Positions 8,502 to 17,232 of a DNA stretch of 32,000 nt are shown here, in pieces. The stretch is from Nostoc sp. PCC 7120 = FACHB-418 (GTDB taxonomy: Bacteria > Cyanobacteriota > Cyanobacteriia > Cyanobacteriales > Nostocaceae): NCBI RefSeq assembly GCF_000009705.1, contig NC_003272.1:5580001-5612000 (forward strand). The letters are read 5' to 3'. Made by a program: the position numbers and the translations under genes. How positions within the stretch are numbered: the first letter of the stretch is position 1; each line of letters starts with the position of its first letter. A model generated the notes under the pieces. The model worked only from the letters and a program-made list of their open reading frames with translations, ran no database searches and was not told where the DNA came from.

Positions 8502-11500
8502 TTACACAGGAATCTCAATTACAAATTCAGTACCCTGTCCTAAGACGGAATTACAAGTTAACTGACCCTTGTGTTTTTCCACAACTACTTGATAGCTAAT
8601 AGATAATCCTAACCCCGTACCACTGCCTACTGGCTTAGTGGTGTAAAAGGGGTCAAAGATTTTCTGCTGAACTGCTTCAGTCATCCCAAGACCATTATCA
8701 GCAATGCGAATTTGTAGAGTGGTTGAGCCTTGTAGTGCCGTACAAATGCGAATAGTAGGATGATCAGTTGTCATGTTTTCCATGTCATTTGTTTTGCCAA
8801 CTGACAACTGACGACTGACGACTGACGACTCTAAAGCATCGATCGCATTACTGATAATATTCATAAATACTTGGTTGAGTTGACCCGCGTAACAATTCAC
8901 AAGCGGTAATTGTGCATATTCTTTGATGAGGGTAATTGCTGGACGTTCGCTATTCTCTTTAAGTCTGTGATGCAAAATCATCAAGGTGTTATCAATACCT
9001 TCATGAATATCTACAGGCTTCATGTCTGATTCATCTAGCCGAGAGAAATTGCGTAAACCCAGAACAATGTTGCGAATTCGTGAACTCCCAACTCTCATAG
9101 AGTTAAGAATTTTCGGCAAATCTTCTGCTAAGAAATCTATATCAATTTGTGCGGATTCTTCTGCGAGGATATCAGAATAATTAGGGCATTCTCTTTGATA
9201 GATAGCAACTAAATTGAGCAAATCTTGTACATAATCACTAGCATGAGTAATATTGCCATGAATAAAATTAATTGGGTTATTTATTTCATGGGCAATACCC
9301 GCTATCATTTGCCCCAAAGAGGACATTTTCTCGCTTTGAATTAATTGAGTTTGTGTACGTTGTAATTCTTGGAGAGTTTGTTGTAATCGGTGATTTTTGT
9401 GATTAAGTTCCTGTGTTCTAGCTTCTACTTTTTCTTCTAATCTATGATTGTAATCTTCTAGGTTTTGATTAGCTTGTGCTAAATTTTTGTAAAGCATAGC
9501 ATTCTCTATGGAGATTGCTGCTTGGGTAGTCAGGAGTTTTAGAACCTCTACGCGATCGCGTGTGAATGCTCCTGTCGTCAGATTATTCTCTAGATAAAGA
9601 ATGCCTAAGAATTTGCCCTGATTGATAATAGGTATGCACAATAGACTCTTGGGTTTCTCACGGAGAACATAGCGATCGCTAGCTAAGAAATCAACAGTCT
9701 GGGCATTATCGATAACGAAGATTTCTTCATTGCGTTTGACATACTTAATCAAGGTTAAAGGAAGCTCAAAACTAGAATCTAAACTGCTAGAAGGAAAAGA
9801 CGTGAAGACAGAAGCAGAATTTGTACTGTGACTTAATGTAGTAACTACTAATTCTGAAGTATCTGACGCAGTTAAAATCAACGCTGATTTAGAAGCGCCG
9901 GCATTCTCCATGACAACCTGCATCAAGGTGGAAAGTAATTGTTCCAACTCAATTTCCCCGGAGAGCGCTTGAGAAGCTTTAATGACAGACGCTAAATCTA
10001 AAGAGTCAGAAATACTGGTTTTAGAACCAATCACTGTCTGCTGGATACTCCGATCTTGTATAGATTGATAAGTAGCAGATGTAATTCTATCACTTGTTTG
10101 CAAGCTCAATTTTTCTTGTTGGAGTATGGGCGCAAGTAGTTGGGGATAATGTTTTGCTAGATCATCAACTTTTGCTTTTGCTCCCCAACGACTGTAACCA
10201 TAGTAAGCATCAGTGAGATAAGTTTGGGCTATTTTTTCCTTGCCCCATTGAAGATAGAATCTGGCAGCAAGTTCATTAGCTAGAGCCTCTTCATTGGTGT
10301 ATCCATTTTCTTTAGCAAGGGATATAGAGCGATCATAATAATCTATTGCTTCAAGATATTGTTCTTTTACACGACATTGTTCAGCCTCTACTAAATAAAA
10401 TTTATGTAGATAATTCATAGGAGCATAATTTGCCCAACATTTCATTTTTTGCTGATTAAATTCTACTGTCTTCAAAATATGCGTTTGTTTTGCTAATTTT
10501 TCTTCATGATAAACCGCTAAATTTGCTAGTGAATCGTACATATAGAAAAGAGGAATAACTAAATTCCCTACTCCATTATCCAAATACTTAAGTGCTAGAG
10601 ATGAATTCTCAATAGCTTGGGTAAATTCTCGGAAAAAGTAACAGAGATATAACTTATTAAAATATAGATATATCAAGCCTATGCCATCTTTGGCATTCTC
10701 TTGAATTGGCAGCAGATTTGTCTCGTTATATGCTTCACCAATTAAATCACAAGGATTTTCATTGGCTTGTATTAAATTCAAAACTGTTTGCCTATAAATA
10801 GCGTGCCAATTAAATACCCTTTCTTGCTTAATTTGTGATATTGCATGACTATAACTTGCCATTTCAGATGCTAATCCTGTTAGTTCTGTTCCTATAAAGT
10901 AGCAAGTATAAGAATGAGTATAGAGACAATAGCTGGCAAATTCCAAATCTCCTGTTTGTAACGCAGCAGAGTAACCTTCTAATAAAGGAGATAGTACTTC
11001 TTTGCTATGCTCTTTCCAATGGCTGATAGTAGCGTAGAAAATTTCTGTTATTTTAGCTTTCAATTCTTCAGCATTAAACTTATCTGTTAGTTGTAATGCC
11101 AGTTTGCCAAATTGATAACCAGATTCTATATCCCCTATAATGCCACAAAGCATTAATCCATAAAGTACATAAGCATAAGCTGATAAGGAAGTATTTCCAT
11201 ATTTAAGAGATAGTTCAACTTGTTTTAAAACAATCAGTGGAAACAGTTGAGGAGCAGCTTGATATACCAAACCAGATGCACTAGATAATATTTGAATTGC
11301 TGCTAGTGACTTTTTATCTCTCATTTCTGGGAGATTAATTAAATTTTCAATTACCTTCCCATTGAGATTTGTTGTAATCCCTGCCATTGCTAATTGAAAA
11401 TCTGACTGACTGGGATTTTCAGGAAACTCTAATCCCAGTAATTTTAAAAATGTCAATGCAATATTGACCGCTTCAATCGCCTGGTTTTGCGCTCCATAAG

Positions 11501-14204
11501 CCTGAATTTTGATTTCGTAAATTTTCACTTGTTCTAGTAGCGTTTTAGCTTGTACTAACACTACTTGAATCAAGGATTCCATCTTCTCAAAATTGCCAGC
11601 TAGGTAGGCTGCTTCTGCTGCTGTTTCATACAAAGCTAAAGTTAGTTGATATTGATTCTCCCAGCTATCGCCAGCCAGTAGTTCAATTCCCGTTGTTAAA
11701 TATTTAACTGCTGCTGTATAAGCTGTTGATGCTAAAGCTTTACGTCCAGCAATTAAATTCATCTGGGCTAATTCGTCACGCTTGCTTTGATGCGTGATTA
11801 ATTCCACTGCAACATTTAACTGATTTACCAGTTGAAAAACTTTGTCTTCTCTTTCGGCGACTGGGATTTTATCCAAAAGCAATAATCCAATCTTTAAGTG
11901 AATTTGCTTTCTGATTTTTTCCGGGATTAAGGAATAAGCAGCTTGTTGTACCCTGTCATGAATGAACTTGTATGTGGGAATTTGGAAATGATTTAATAGT
12001 GGTTTCTGAGCTTTCTTACTCCCAGGAATCTCTATTGAATTATTATTTTCTTGAAAGAATTTATAAAGCTCTGTCTGAGGTAAAATTATTCCCTCATGTA
12101 ATGCTGACCATAAGTCAGATGCTGTATCGATCACAGATTTCTCATGAGCGATCGCCAGAGTTTTTAAGTCAAACTCATTACCAATACAGGCTGCTAATTT
12201 TAATATGCTTTGTGTCATTGTGGGCAACTTTTCGATTTGCTGCCCCATAAATTCTACGACATCATCTGTTAGCGATAATGCTTGGATTTTAGCAATATCA
12301 TATTGCCAATAGGCAACATCAAAATTAAACTTAATTACGCCATCTTGATGTAAAGATTTAAGAAATTGAGTAGCAAAGAAAGGATTACCTTTCGTTTTTG
12401 CAAACACCATTTGACTGAGAGGAATAGTGATTTCCTCTTGGCAACGTAGGGTATCAGAAATTAAAGCATTTAAATTAGTTTGATTTAAAGGTGATAAGGA
12501 AATACGTGTAATATTACCCCGCACTTTTTCAATCTCTTTGATTGTTAAAAATAGTGGATGTGCTTGAGAAACTTCATTATCACGGTACGCACCAATGAGA
12601 AATAAGCTATGCTCTTCTTCATTATTCCTCTGTAAATCAGAACCCGTCCAAGGTTCTCCATCAAAAACAGGAATCCAGAGATTTTCTTTGGTTTCCGCAG
12701 GCGGCGTGGCAGGATTTTTATTCAGTAAGTTTGTTTGATTCATCAATAACTGGATGAATTTTAAAGAAGCCGTATCTGCCCATTGCAAATCATCCAGAAA
12801 AATCACCAAGGGATGGTGTTTACTACTAAATACTTGGATAAATCGTTGAAATAATAAGTTAAATCGATTTTGAGCAGCACTACCAGAAAGTTCACTAACC
12901 TCTGACTGCTGACCGATAATTTCTACAAGTTCAGGAATTACATCAATAATTACTTGAGCTTGTTCACCTAAAGCCGATAGAATTTTGCTTCGCCAAAGTT
13001 GAATCTGAGCATCGGTTTCTAAAAGTATTTGCCCAATTAAGTCCCTAAAAGCTTGCACTAAGCCTGATAAAGGAATATCTCGTTGAAACTGATCAAATTT
13101 TCCTTTAATAAAGTAACTTTGTTGGCGAACAATAGGCTTATGGACTTCGTTAACTACGGCAGTTTTACCGATGCCAGAGAAGCCAGTAACTAAGATCATT
13201 TCTGTCGTTCCTTTTGTTACCCTTTCAAAGGCAGCAAGTAAAGTTTCCACTTCACGTTGACGACCATAAAGCTTTTCGGGAATGAGAAAACGATCTGAGA
13301 CATCCTTCGTTGCTAACTCAAAGGATGTGATGTTACCTGTTTCCTGCCACTGTTTATGACAAATTTCCAAGTCGTATGCTAGTCCATAAGCACTCTGATA
13401 GCGGTCTTCGGCATTTTTTGCCATCAGCTTGCTGATAAGATCAGACAAAATGGTGGGAATCTTTGGGTTGATGTCGCTTGCTTTTGGTGGTTGCTTGGCA
13501 ATGTGGCAGTAAACTAACTCCATCGGCTCAATAGTCATGAAGGGTAACTGTCCGGTTAGGAGTTCAAAAAACGTGACACCCAAAGAATAGAAATCACTGC
13601 GGTAATCTATTCCCCTGTTCATCCTACCTGTTTGTTCAGGGGATAAATAAGCTAAAGTCCCTTCTAAAACATTGTGATTTGTGAGAACTTGGACTTCTCT
13701 TGGTAGGAGAGTAGCGATACTAAAGTCAGTAACTCTGATTTCCAGGGTAGTAGGGTTAATGAGGATGTTAGCAGGTTTAATATCTTTATGAATAATGCGA
13801 CTACGATGTAAACTTTCTAAAGTAGATGCGATCGCTATAGCAATGTGAAAAAATCTCTTGAGAACTGTGCCATATTCGTTGCCATCTTTGCTAATTTGCC
13901 CCCAGTCCTTCAGCGATAGGCCACCAAAGTCCTCCATCACTAAAGCATAGCTGTTACGATAAGTCTCTAAGCTCAGGGGTTTCACAATCCCTGGAATATC
14001 CAAATCTTTGGTGATTGTGTACTGATTACGAAACTGAGCAATTTCCTGGAAAGTTGGGTACTCATTCCGCATCAATTTGATAACTACAGGTTTTTGGTCT
14101 TGTTTTCTCAGACCTCGATAAACTATGGTTTTGCTACCAAAATAAAGTTGTTCTGTAATGCGATATCCAGAAAGGGGGAATATTGGATCAGACAATACTA
14201 ACAT
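8502..14204 (-). CDS. Multidomain sensor: Ser/Thr protein kinase + AAA/STAND-like ATPase + TPR-like repeats + GAF + histidine kinase (HstK-type dual kinase)
   Basis: 1900 aa. STK catalytic loop HKDIKPAN (about 13768..13791), plus DFS and SPEQ. Walker A VTGFSGIGKT (13161..13190) and Walker B VIFLDDLQWAD. A long helical repeat region follows, then GAF (about 9434..9914). H-box AHEINNP (9270..9293), N-box NIISNAIDAL, G1 DNGLGM and G2 GSGTGLGLSIS. The stop is 16 nt from the P450 stop (convergent). Confidence 0.93.
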   Translation of the reverse strand: MLVLSDPIFPLSGYRITEQLYFGSKTIVYRGLRKQDQKPVVIKLMRNEYPTFQEIAQFRNQYTITKDLDIPGIVKPLSLETYRNSYALVMEDFGGLSLKDWGQISKDGNEYGTVLKRFFHIAIAIASTLESLHRSRIIHKDIKPANILINPTTLEIRVTDFSIATLLPREVQVLTNHNVLEGTLAYLSPEQTGRMNRGIDYRSDFYSLGVTFFELLTGQLPFMTIEPMELVYCHIAKQPPKASDINPKIPTILSDLISKLMAKNAEDRYQSAYGLAYDLEICHKQWQETGNITSFELATKDVSDRFLIPEKLYGRQREVETLLAAFERVTKGTTEMILVTGFSGIGKTAVVNEVHKPIVRQQSYFIKGKFDQFQRDIPLSGLVQAFRDLIGQILLETDAQIQLWRSKILSALGEQAQVIIDVIPELVEIIGQQSEVSELSGSAAQNRFNLLFQRFIQVFSSKHHPLVIFLDDLQWADTASLKFIQLLMNQTNLLNKNPATPPAETKENLWIPVFDGEPWTGSDLQRNNEEEHSLFLIGAYRDNEVSQAHPLFLTIKEIEKVRGNITRISLSPLNQTNLNALISDTLRCQEEITIPLSQMVFAKTKGNPFFATQFLKSLHQDGVIKFNFDVAYWQYDIAKIQALSLTDDVVEFMGQQIEKLPTMTQSILKLAACIGNEFDLKTLAIAHEKSVIDTASDLWSALHEGIILPQTELYKFFQENNNSIEIPGSKKAQKPLLNHFQIPTYKFIHDRVQQAAYSLIPEKIRKQIHLKIGLLLLDKIPVAEREDKVFQLVNQLNVAVELITHQSKRDELAQMNLIAGRKALASTAYTAAVKYLTTGIELLAGDSWENQYQLTLALYETAAEAAYLAGNFEKMESLIQVVLVQAKTLLEQVKIYEIKIQAYGAQNQAIEAVNIALTFLKLLGLEFPENPSQSDFQLAMAGITTNLNGKVIENLINLPEMRDKKSLAAIQILSSASGLVYQAAPQLFPLIVLKQVELSLKYGNTSLSAYAYVLYGLMLCGIIGDIESGYQFGKLALQLTDKFNAEELKAKITEIFYATISHWKEHSKEVLSPLLEGYSAALQTGDLEFASYCLYTHSYTCYFIGTELTGLASEMASYSHAISQIKQERVFNWHAIYRQTVLNLIQANENPCDLIGEAYNETNLLPIQENAKDGIGLIYLYFNKLYLCYFFREFTQAIENSSLALKYLDNGVGNLVIPLFYMYDSLANLAVYHEEKLAKQTHILKTVEFNQQKMKCWANYAPMNYLHKFYLVEAEQCRVKEQYLEAIDYYDRSISLAKENGYTNEEALANELAARFYLQWGKEKIAQTYLTDAYYGYSRWGAKAKVDDLAKHYPQLLAPILQQEKLSLQTSDRITSATYQSIQDRSIQQTVIGSKTSISDSLDLASVIKASQALSGEIELEQLLSTLMQVVMENAGASKSALILTASDTSELVVTTLSHSTNSASVFTSFPSSSLDSSFELPLTLIKYVKRNEEIFVIDNAQTVDFLASDRYVLREKPKSLLCIPIINQGKFLGILYLENNLTTGAFTRDRVEVLKLLTTQAAISIENAMLYKNLAQANQNLEDYNHRLEEKVEARTQELNHKNHRLQQTLQELQRTQTQLIQSEKMSSLGQMIAGIAHEINNPINFIHGNITHASDYVQDLLNLVAIYQRECPNYSDILAEESAQIDIDFLAEDLPKILNSMRVGSSRIRNIVLGLRNFSRLDESDMKPVDIHEGIDNTLMILHHRLKENSERPAITLIKEYAQLPLVNCYAGQLNQVFMNIISNAIDALESSVVSRQLSVGKTNDMENMTTDHPTIRICTALQGSTTLQIRIADNGLGMTEAVQQKIFDPFYTTKPVGSGTGLGLSISYQVVVEKHKGQLTCNSVLGQGTEFVIEIPV
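8796..8830. repeat. Five tandem heptamers (GCCAACT GACAACT GACGACT x3) inside the kinase coding sequence
   Basis: Read directly from the sequence. On the coding strand AGTCGTC x3 AGTTGTC AGTTGGC encodes ESSVVSRQLSVGK, between the N-box and G1-box of the HATPase domain. Confidence 0.85.
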
Positions 14205-14401
14205 TGCAGCGCTCTTGAGATATTGATAACTCCGTTTTAGTATTCCCTATTATGCTGTTATTATCTCAATACTAATTCATACAAATTTAATATTTTTGGA
14301 GATTCATTAAATTCTGAATACTTGAGGGTTTTTACTTACGTAAATTCAATTATTTATCAATATTATTTATTAATGGTTAATTAGCCTAATACTAATAAGG
14401 A

Positions 14402-14422
14402 CTGTCAATTGTCAACCGTCAA
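14402..14422. repeat. Short STRR array (CTGTCAA TTGTCAA CCGTCAA; complement TTGACNG family)
   Basis: Three tandem heptamers in the intergenic region upstream of the kinase gene. Confidence 0.6.
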
Positions 14423-14482
14423 GATATTCAGGAAATAGTTGAAGAGATCATATAGAACTCATACTGGATTTTTGAAATACAC

Positions 14483-14628
14483 GTAGGGGAGCCACTGCGT
14501 TGGTGAAGCAGTACGGTCTTGGGGTTTCCCCAAGTGGAGTAACTGCTGAAAGGGTTTCCCGGCTTGGAGCAAGTGGCGTTGGGCAATGCCCACCATCTCA
14601 TGGTTTTGGTGGGCATTGCCCACCCTAC
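14483..14628. mobile_element. MITE-like / dispersed-repeat element of about 146 bp with a 15-bp-stem hairpin
   Basis: Termini are GTAGGGGAG...CCACCCTAC (imperfect inverted). An internal 30-nt-period direct repeat reads GGGTTTCCC-N-TGGAG (14522..14539 and 14552..14569). A perfect hairpin reads GGGCAATGCCCACCA-N11-TGGTGGGCATTGCCC (14581..14595 / 14607..14621). The overlapping track ORFs give peptides typical of Nostoc repeat junk (GNPKTVLLHQRSGSPT, WWALPTLQ). No transposase is present. Confidence 0.45.
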
Positions 14629-14726
14629 AGATACTGAAGAATTTTATGCACAAGTGCAGGCTACGCCAACAGAAATTAAATCTGATTCTTATAGCAAAGG
14701 TAGAAATTTTGCTACTATCTCTTAGC

Positions 14727-15614
14727 TTAAATCTCCGCTACGGCTCTTTCAATCAATCGTCTTGCCAAGGTTTGTGTTCCTGTGTGTTCGTAGTAATTAG
14801 TAGCTACATCTAAGAAAGCAGCCAAATAATCTAGTTTGTCATCAGCGATTTCTACAAAGTGACTCAAGTTGTGAACTACTTTTTGTGGGCTTAAATTGTT
14901 ACTACTAACTAGACCATTCATCCAACCTTTTACCGAATCAAAACTTTCTCCCATAAAGTTGAGTTTACTGCCAGCATTTCCACCAGGAATCACGTCTTTA
15001 ATACCTTGAAAAGTGGAATTTTTCTCTAATTCTTGAGGATTAGTTTGACTTAAAGCAGATATAGCCTTACTAATAAAATCTGGGCCTAAAGGTATTAAAC
15101 CATCAACACAAACTAAAGCTACCATGCGAATCAGCGACTCACCACTATACTCACCAAGTGAGCCAACGAAATCGCCGATACTGTCCCCAGGAATACCGTT
15201 GATTTGGCAGAAAGCCACTAGTTCAGCCACTAATTTCAGGCATAAGTCTATAGTTTGAGCTTTGTCGGGTTTGGGTGTAACTGAGTTGAGAAAACCCAAC
15301 AGGGGTAACTTTTCACCGACCTTGTTAGCTAAAGCAGCTGCACCTAAGGCTTTATCTGTATTATCAACAGTTTGATAGAGCCACAATGCTGTTTGATATC
15401 CTTGGGAGCGATCATTGAAGAGATAAATTGCCCGTTCACCAATTTGCTGAATCAAGCTTTCATCAGTTTCACCAGTGACAGTCTTAATGGTATTAACGAA
15501 GCCAACCGTATTTTGCCACTCACCAGGAGCAACAAAATCTAAGGCGTTTAGCATAGATACAGTTAAACCACTAGTTGGTAGTTGATCAACCAACTCGAAA
15601 ATGGGTTTGCTCAC
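14727..15614 (-). CDS. Conserved hypothetical protein (no recognisable domain)
   Basis: 295 aa with clean coding-like composition and no low complexity. It begins MSKPIFELVDQLPTSGLTV. I cannot assign a family. Confidence 0.65.
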   Translation of the reverse strand: MSKPIFELVDQLPTSGLTVSMLNALDFVAPGEWQNTVGFVNTIKTVTGETDESLIQQIGERAIYLFNDRSQGYQTALWLYQTVDNTDKALGAAALANKVGEKLPLLGFLNSVTPKPDKAQTIDLCLKLVAELVAFCQINGIPGDSIGDFVGSLGEYSGESLIRMVALVCVDGLIPLGPDFISKAISALSQTNPQELEKNSTFQGIKDVIPGGNAGSKLNFMGESFDSVKGWMNGLVSSNNLSPQKVVHNLSHFVEIADDKLDYLAAFLDVATNYYEHTGTQTLARRLIERAVAEI

Positions 15615-15704
15615 AACAATCTCCTAATTATGAGGTTTTATTATCTGTTTTGGGTCGAATGGTAGCGAATTCAGGGTTGAGTCTTAAACGCAGAGAAACG
15701 GTAC

Positions 15705-16214
15705 TTATTTGAGTTTAGCCAAGCCATCGAGATTAAATTTTTCTATCCAGTCGGCGCGATCGCTTGCAGTAAATGACGGAGAACGTGACAGGACTTTTAC
15801 CTGGTATTTACCGACTAAAACTGCTGTTTGCGTATTACCTACTTCCACCGCCTGATATCCACCGATGTTCTTGGTACTATTAGAGAATTTCGCGGCGGCT
15901 CCAGGTGTACTGCTAGTATCTGAAATAGATAACATTGCTAAATCTTTGCCATCTTTTTTCAACTTGGCTTCAGCAAAGCCCTTTTTCTCCTGGGTATAAA
16001 CCCGTTGATATCCGGCTTCTTCTTTTGGGAAAAATTTGTTAAATTTCTCACCCTGAGTTGCAGTTTTAGCTACCGCTTGGCCAGTTTTTTGGCGGCTACT
16101 TTCCTGCTGTGCTTGGTCAAATCGCCCTGGTGCTTTAGGGGTACAGGCGGTAGTCAATAACAAAACAGACAGCAATACAGCTGCTAGAATTCTACGGGAA
16201 CGAGGAAAGTTCAT
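15705..16214 (-). CDS. Putative lipoprotein / secreted protein
   Basis: 169 aa. Signal peptide MNFPRSRRILAAVLLSVLLLTTAC with a lipobox-like LTTAC. The mature part is Lys/Thr-rich with no known motif. Confidence 0.65.
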   Translation of the reverse strand: MNFPRSRRILAAVLLSVLLLTTACTPKAPGRFDQAQQESSRQKTGQAVAKTATQGEKFNKFFPKEEAGYQRVYTQEKKGFAEAKLKKDGKDLAMLSISDTSSTPGAAAKFSNSTKNIGGYQAVEVGNTQTAVLVGKYQVKVLSRSPSFTASDRADWIEKFNLDGLAKLK

Positions 16215-16322
16215 GTCTACTCCTGATGCTTGAGCTTTGAGGCAATTATCTGCGCTGCTGTCAATTCATACCCAAAAATTTATCTTTTGATCCAATTCGG
16301 GAATAGGTGATCAATGTTGACG

Positions 16323-16967
16323 CTACTTTCGATGCGCGATCGCAGCATAAAAGGGATCTCCCCCTGGCGCACCTAACCACTGCAAGAAATTGGGTGCTGT
16401 TGACTTACGAGCAATAATTTCTGGAGTGCTAAATCCGGGTACTGAGGCGAAGTAGCGTTTCACTAATTCTAAACGTCCTGGCTCGGAAGCATCGCGCCAA
16501 GCTTGGATTGCTTTTTGATAGAACATTCTGTTAGAAAAGCTGATGATTGCTACACCACCAGGTTTGAGGATGCGATGAATTTCGGAAAATACTGCTTCTG
16601 GATATTGTAGGTACTGTACGGAAACACAATTGAGAACAGCATCAAATTCTTGATCTGGCAAGGGTAAACCCGGATTTTCGTTGAGGTTCTGCACAAAGTA
16701 ATGATTAAGTCGGGGATTGCGTTTTAGTTCCTCAGCGTTGAGTCCGTGTCCCTCCACATGGGCAAATTTTATCTCTTCTGGTAGATGTGACACCCAACTA
16801 CTCATCATGTCTAATATGCGTGTGTTGGGCTGTAATCGTTCTCTATATAAATCAGTCAACCGTTGAATAAAACCTTCATCCACATGAGTGACAAAACGGG
16901 GATAGGCATAAAATAAGTTGTCATCTGTATCGTCTAATTTCAAACGTTGATCTGGTTTTAGCAACAT
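16323..16967 (-). CDS. Class I SAM-dependent methyltransferase (Methyltransf_11-like)
   Basis: 214 aa. Motifs RILDMMSSW, FDAVLNCVSVQYL and LKPGGVAIISF match the Rossmann methyltransferase layout. The N-terminus DDNLFYAYPRFVTHVD is typical of a cyanobacteria/plant-conserved subfamily. Confidence 0.78.
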   Translation of the reverse strand: MLLKPDQRLKLDDTDDNLFYAYPRFVTHVDEGFIQRLTDLYRERLQPNTRILDMMSSWVSHLPEEIKFAHVEGHGLNAEELKRNPRLNHYFVQNLNENPGLPLPDQEFDAVLNCVSVQYLQYPEAVFSEIHRILKPGGVAIISFSNRMFYQKAIQAWRDASEPGRLELVKRYFASVPGFSTPEIIARKSTAPNFLQWLGAPGGDPFYAAIAHRK

Positions 16968-17125
16968 AGATGCCTGTATGGAAAACTTTCAGTTCTTCTT
17001 GGAGAGAAATTCTCCTTAACATATTTTAATAAAGTTAAGGTAAATCAACTCATACCAATTTGAAAAAAGAATGCGACAGTTATACAGTCCTAAACGCTTG
17101 TCATCTCTTGATTCTTAATTTTGTA

Positions 17126-17189
17126 CTCCTGCGGAGAACCCTTACCCCTACGGGGAAGCAAGCTACGCGTAGCTTCTCCAAAGGAGAAG
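17126..17189. repeat. Multi-hairpin dispersed repeat including the 16-bp perfect palindrome AAGCTACGCGTAGCTT
   Basis: Four consecutive hairpins: CTCC-tgc-GGAG (17126..17136), CCCC-tac-GGGG (17145..17155), AAGCTACG|CGTAGCTT (17160..17175) and CTTCTCC-aaa-GGAGAAG (17173..17189). ATTTTGA x2 follows (17194..17207). Confidence 0.55.
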
Positions 17190-17232
17190 GGTATTTTGAA
17201 TTTTGAATTTGTATCATTTACCCAGTGCGTTA

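Noticed and set aside
4168-12250. Other short track ORFs: 4168..4380(-), 6277..6498(-), 7485..7676(+), 7948..8151(-), 11972..12250(+); also 20178..20426(+), 20785..20967(+), 31030..31260(+), 31691..31873(-)
   Set aside because: Each lies wholly inside a longer ORF with recognisable domains, on the other strand or in another frame. They are typical shadow ORFs in AT-rich coding DNA.
14428-14813. Track ORFs 14428..14616(-), 14459..14653(-) and 14586..14813(+) as genes
   Set aside because: They overlap one another inside the MITE-like repeat. They encode repeat-junk peptides (GNPKTVLLHQRSGSPT, WWALPTLQ). The last also runs antisense into the 3' end of the 295-aa gene.
17203-17232. TTG 17203 as the start of the ArnT-like gene
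   Set aside because: The TTG lies within the ATTTTGA tandem repeat directly after the multi-hairpin element. The in-frame ATG at 17233 is more plausible. Neither has a clear SD, so this remains uncertain.
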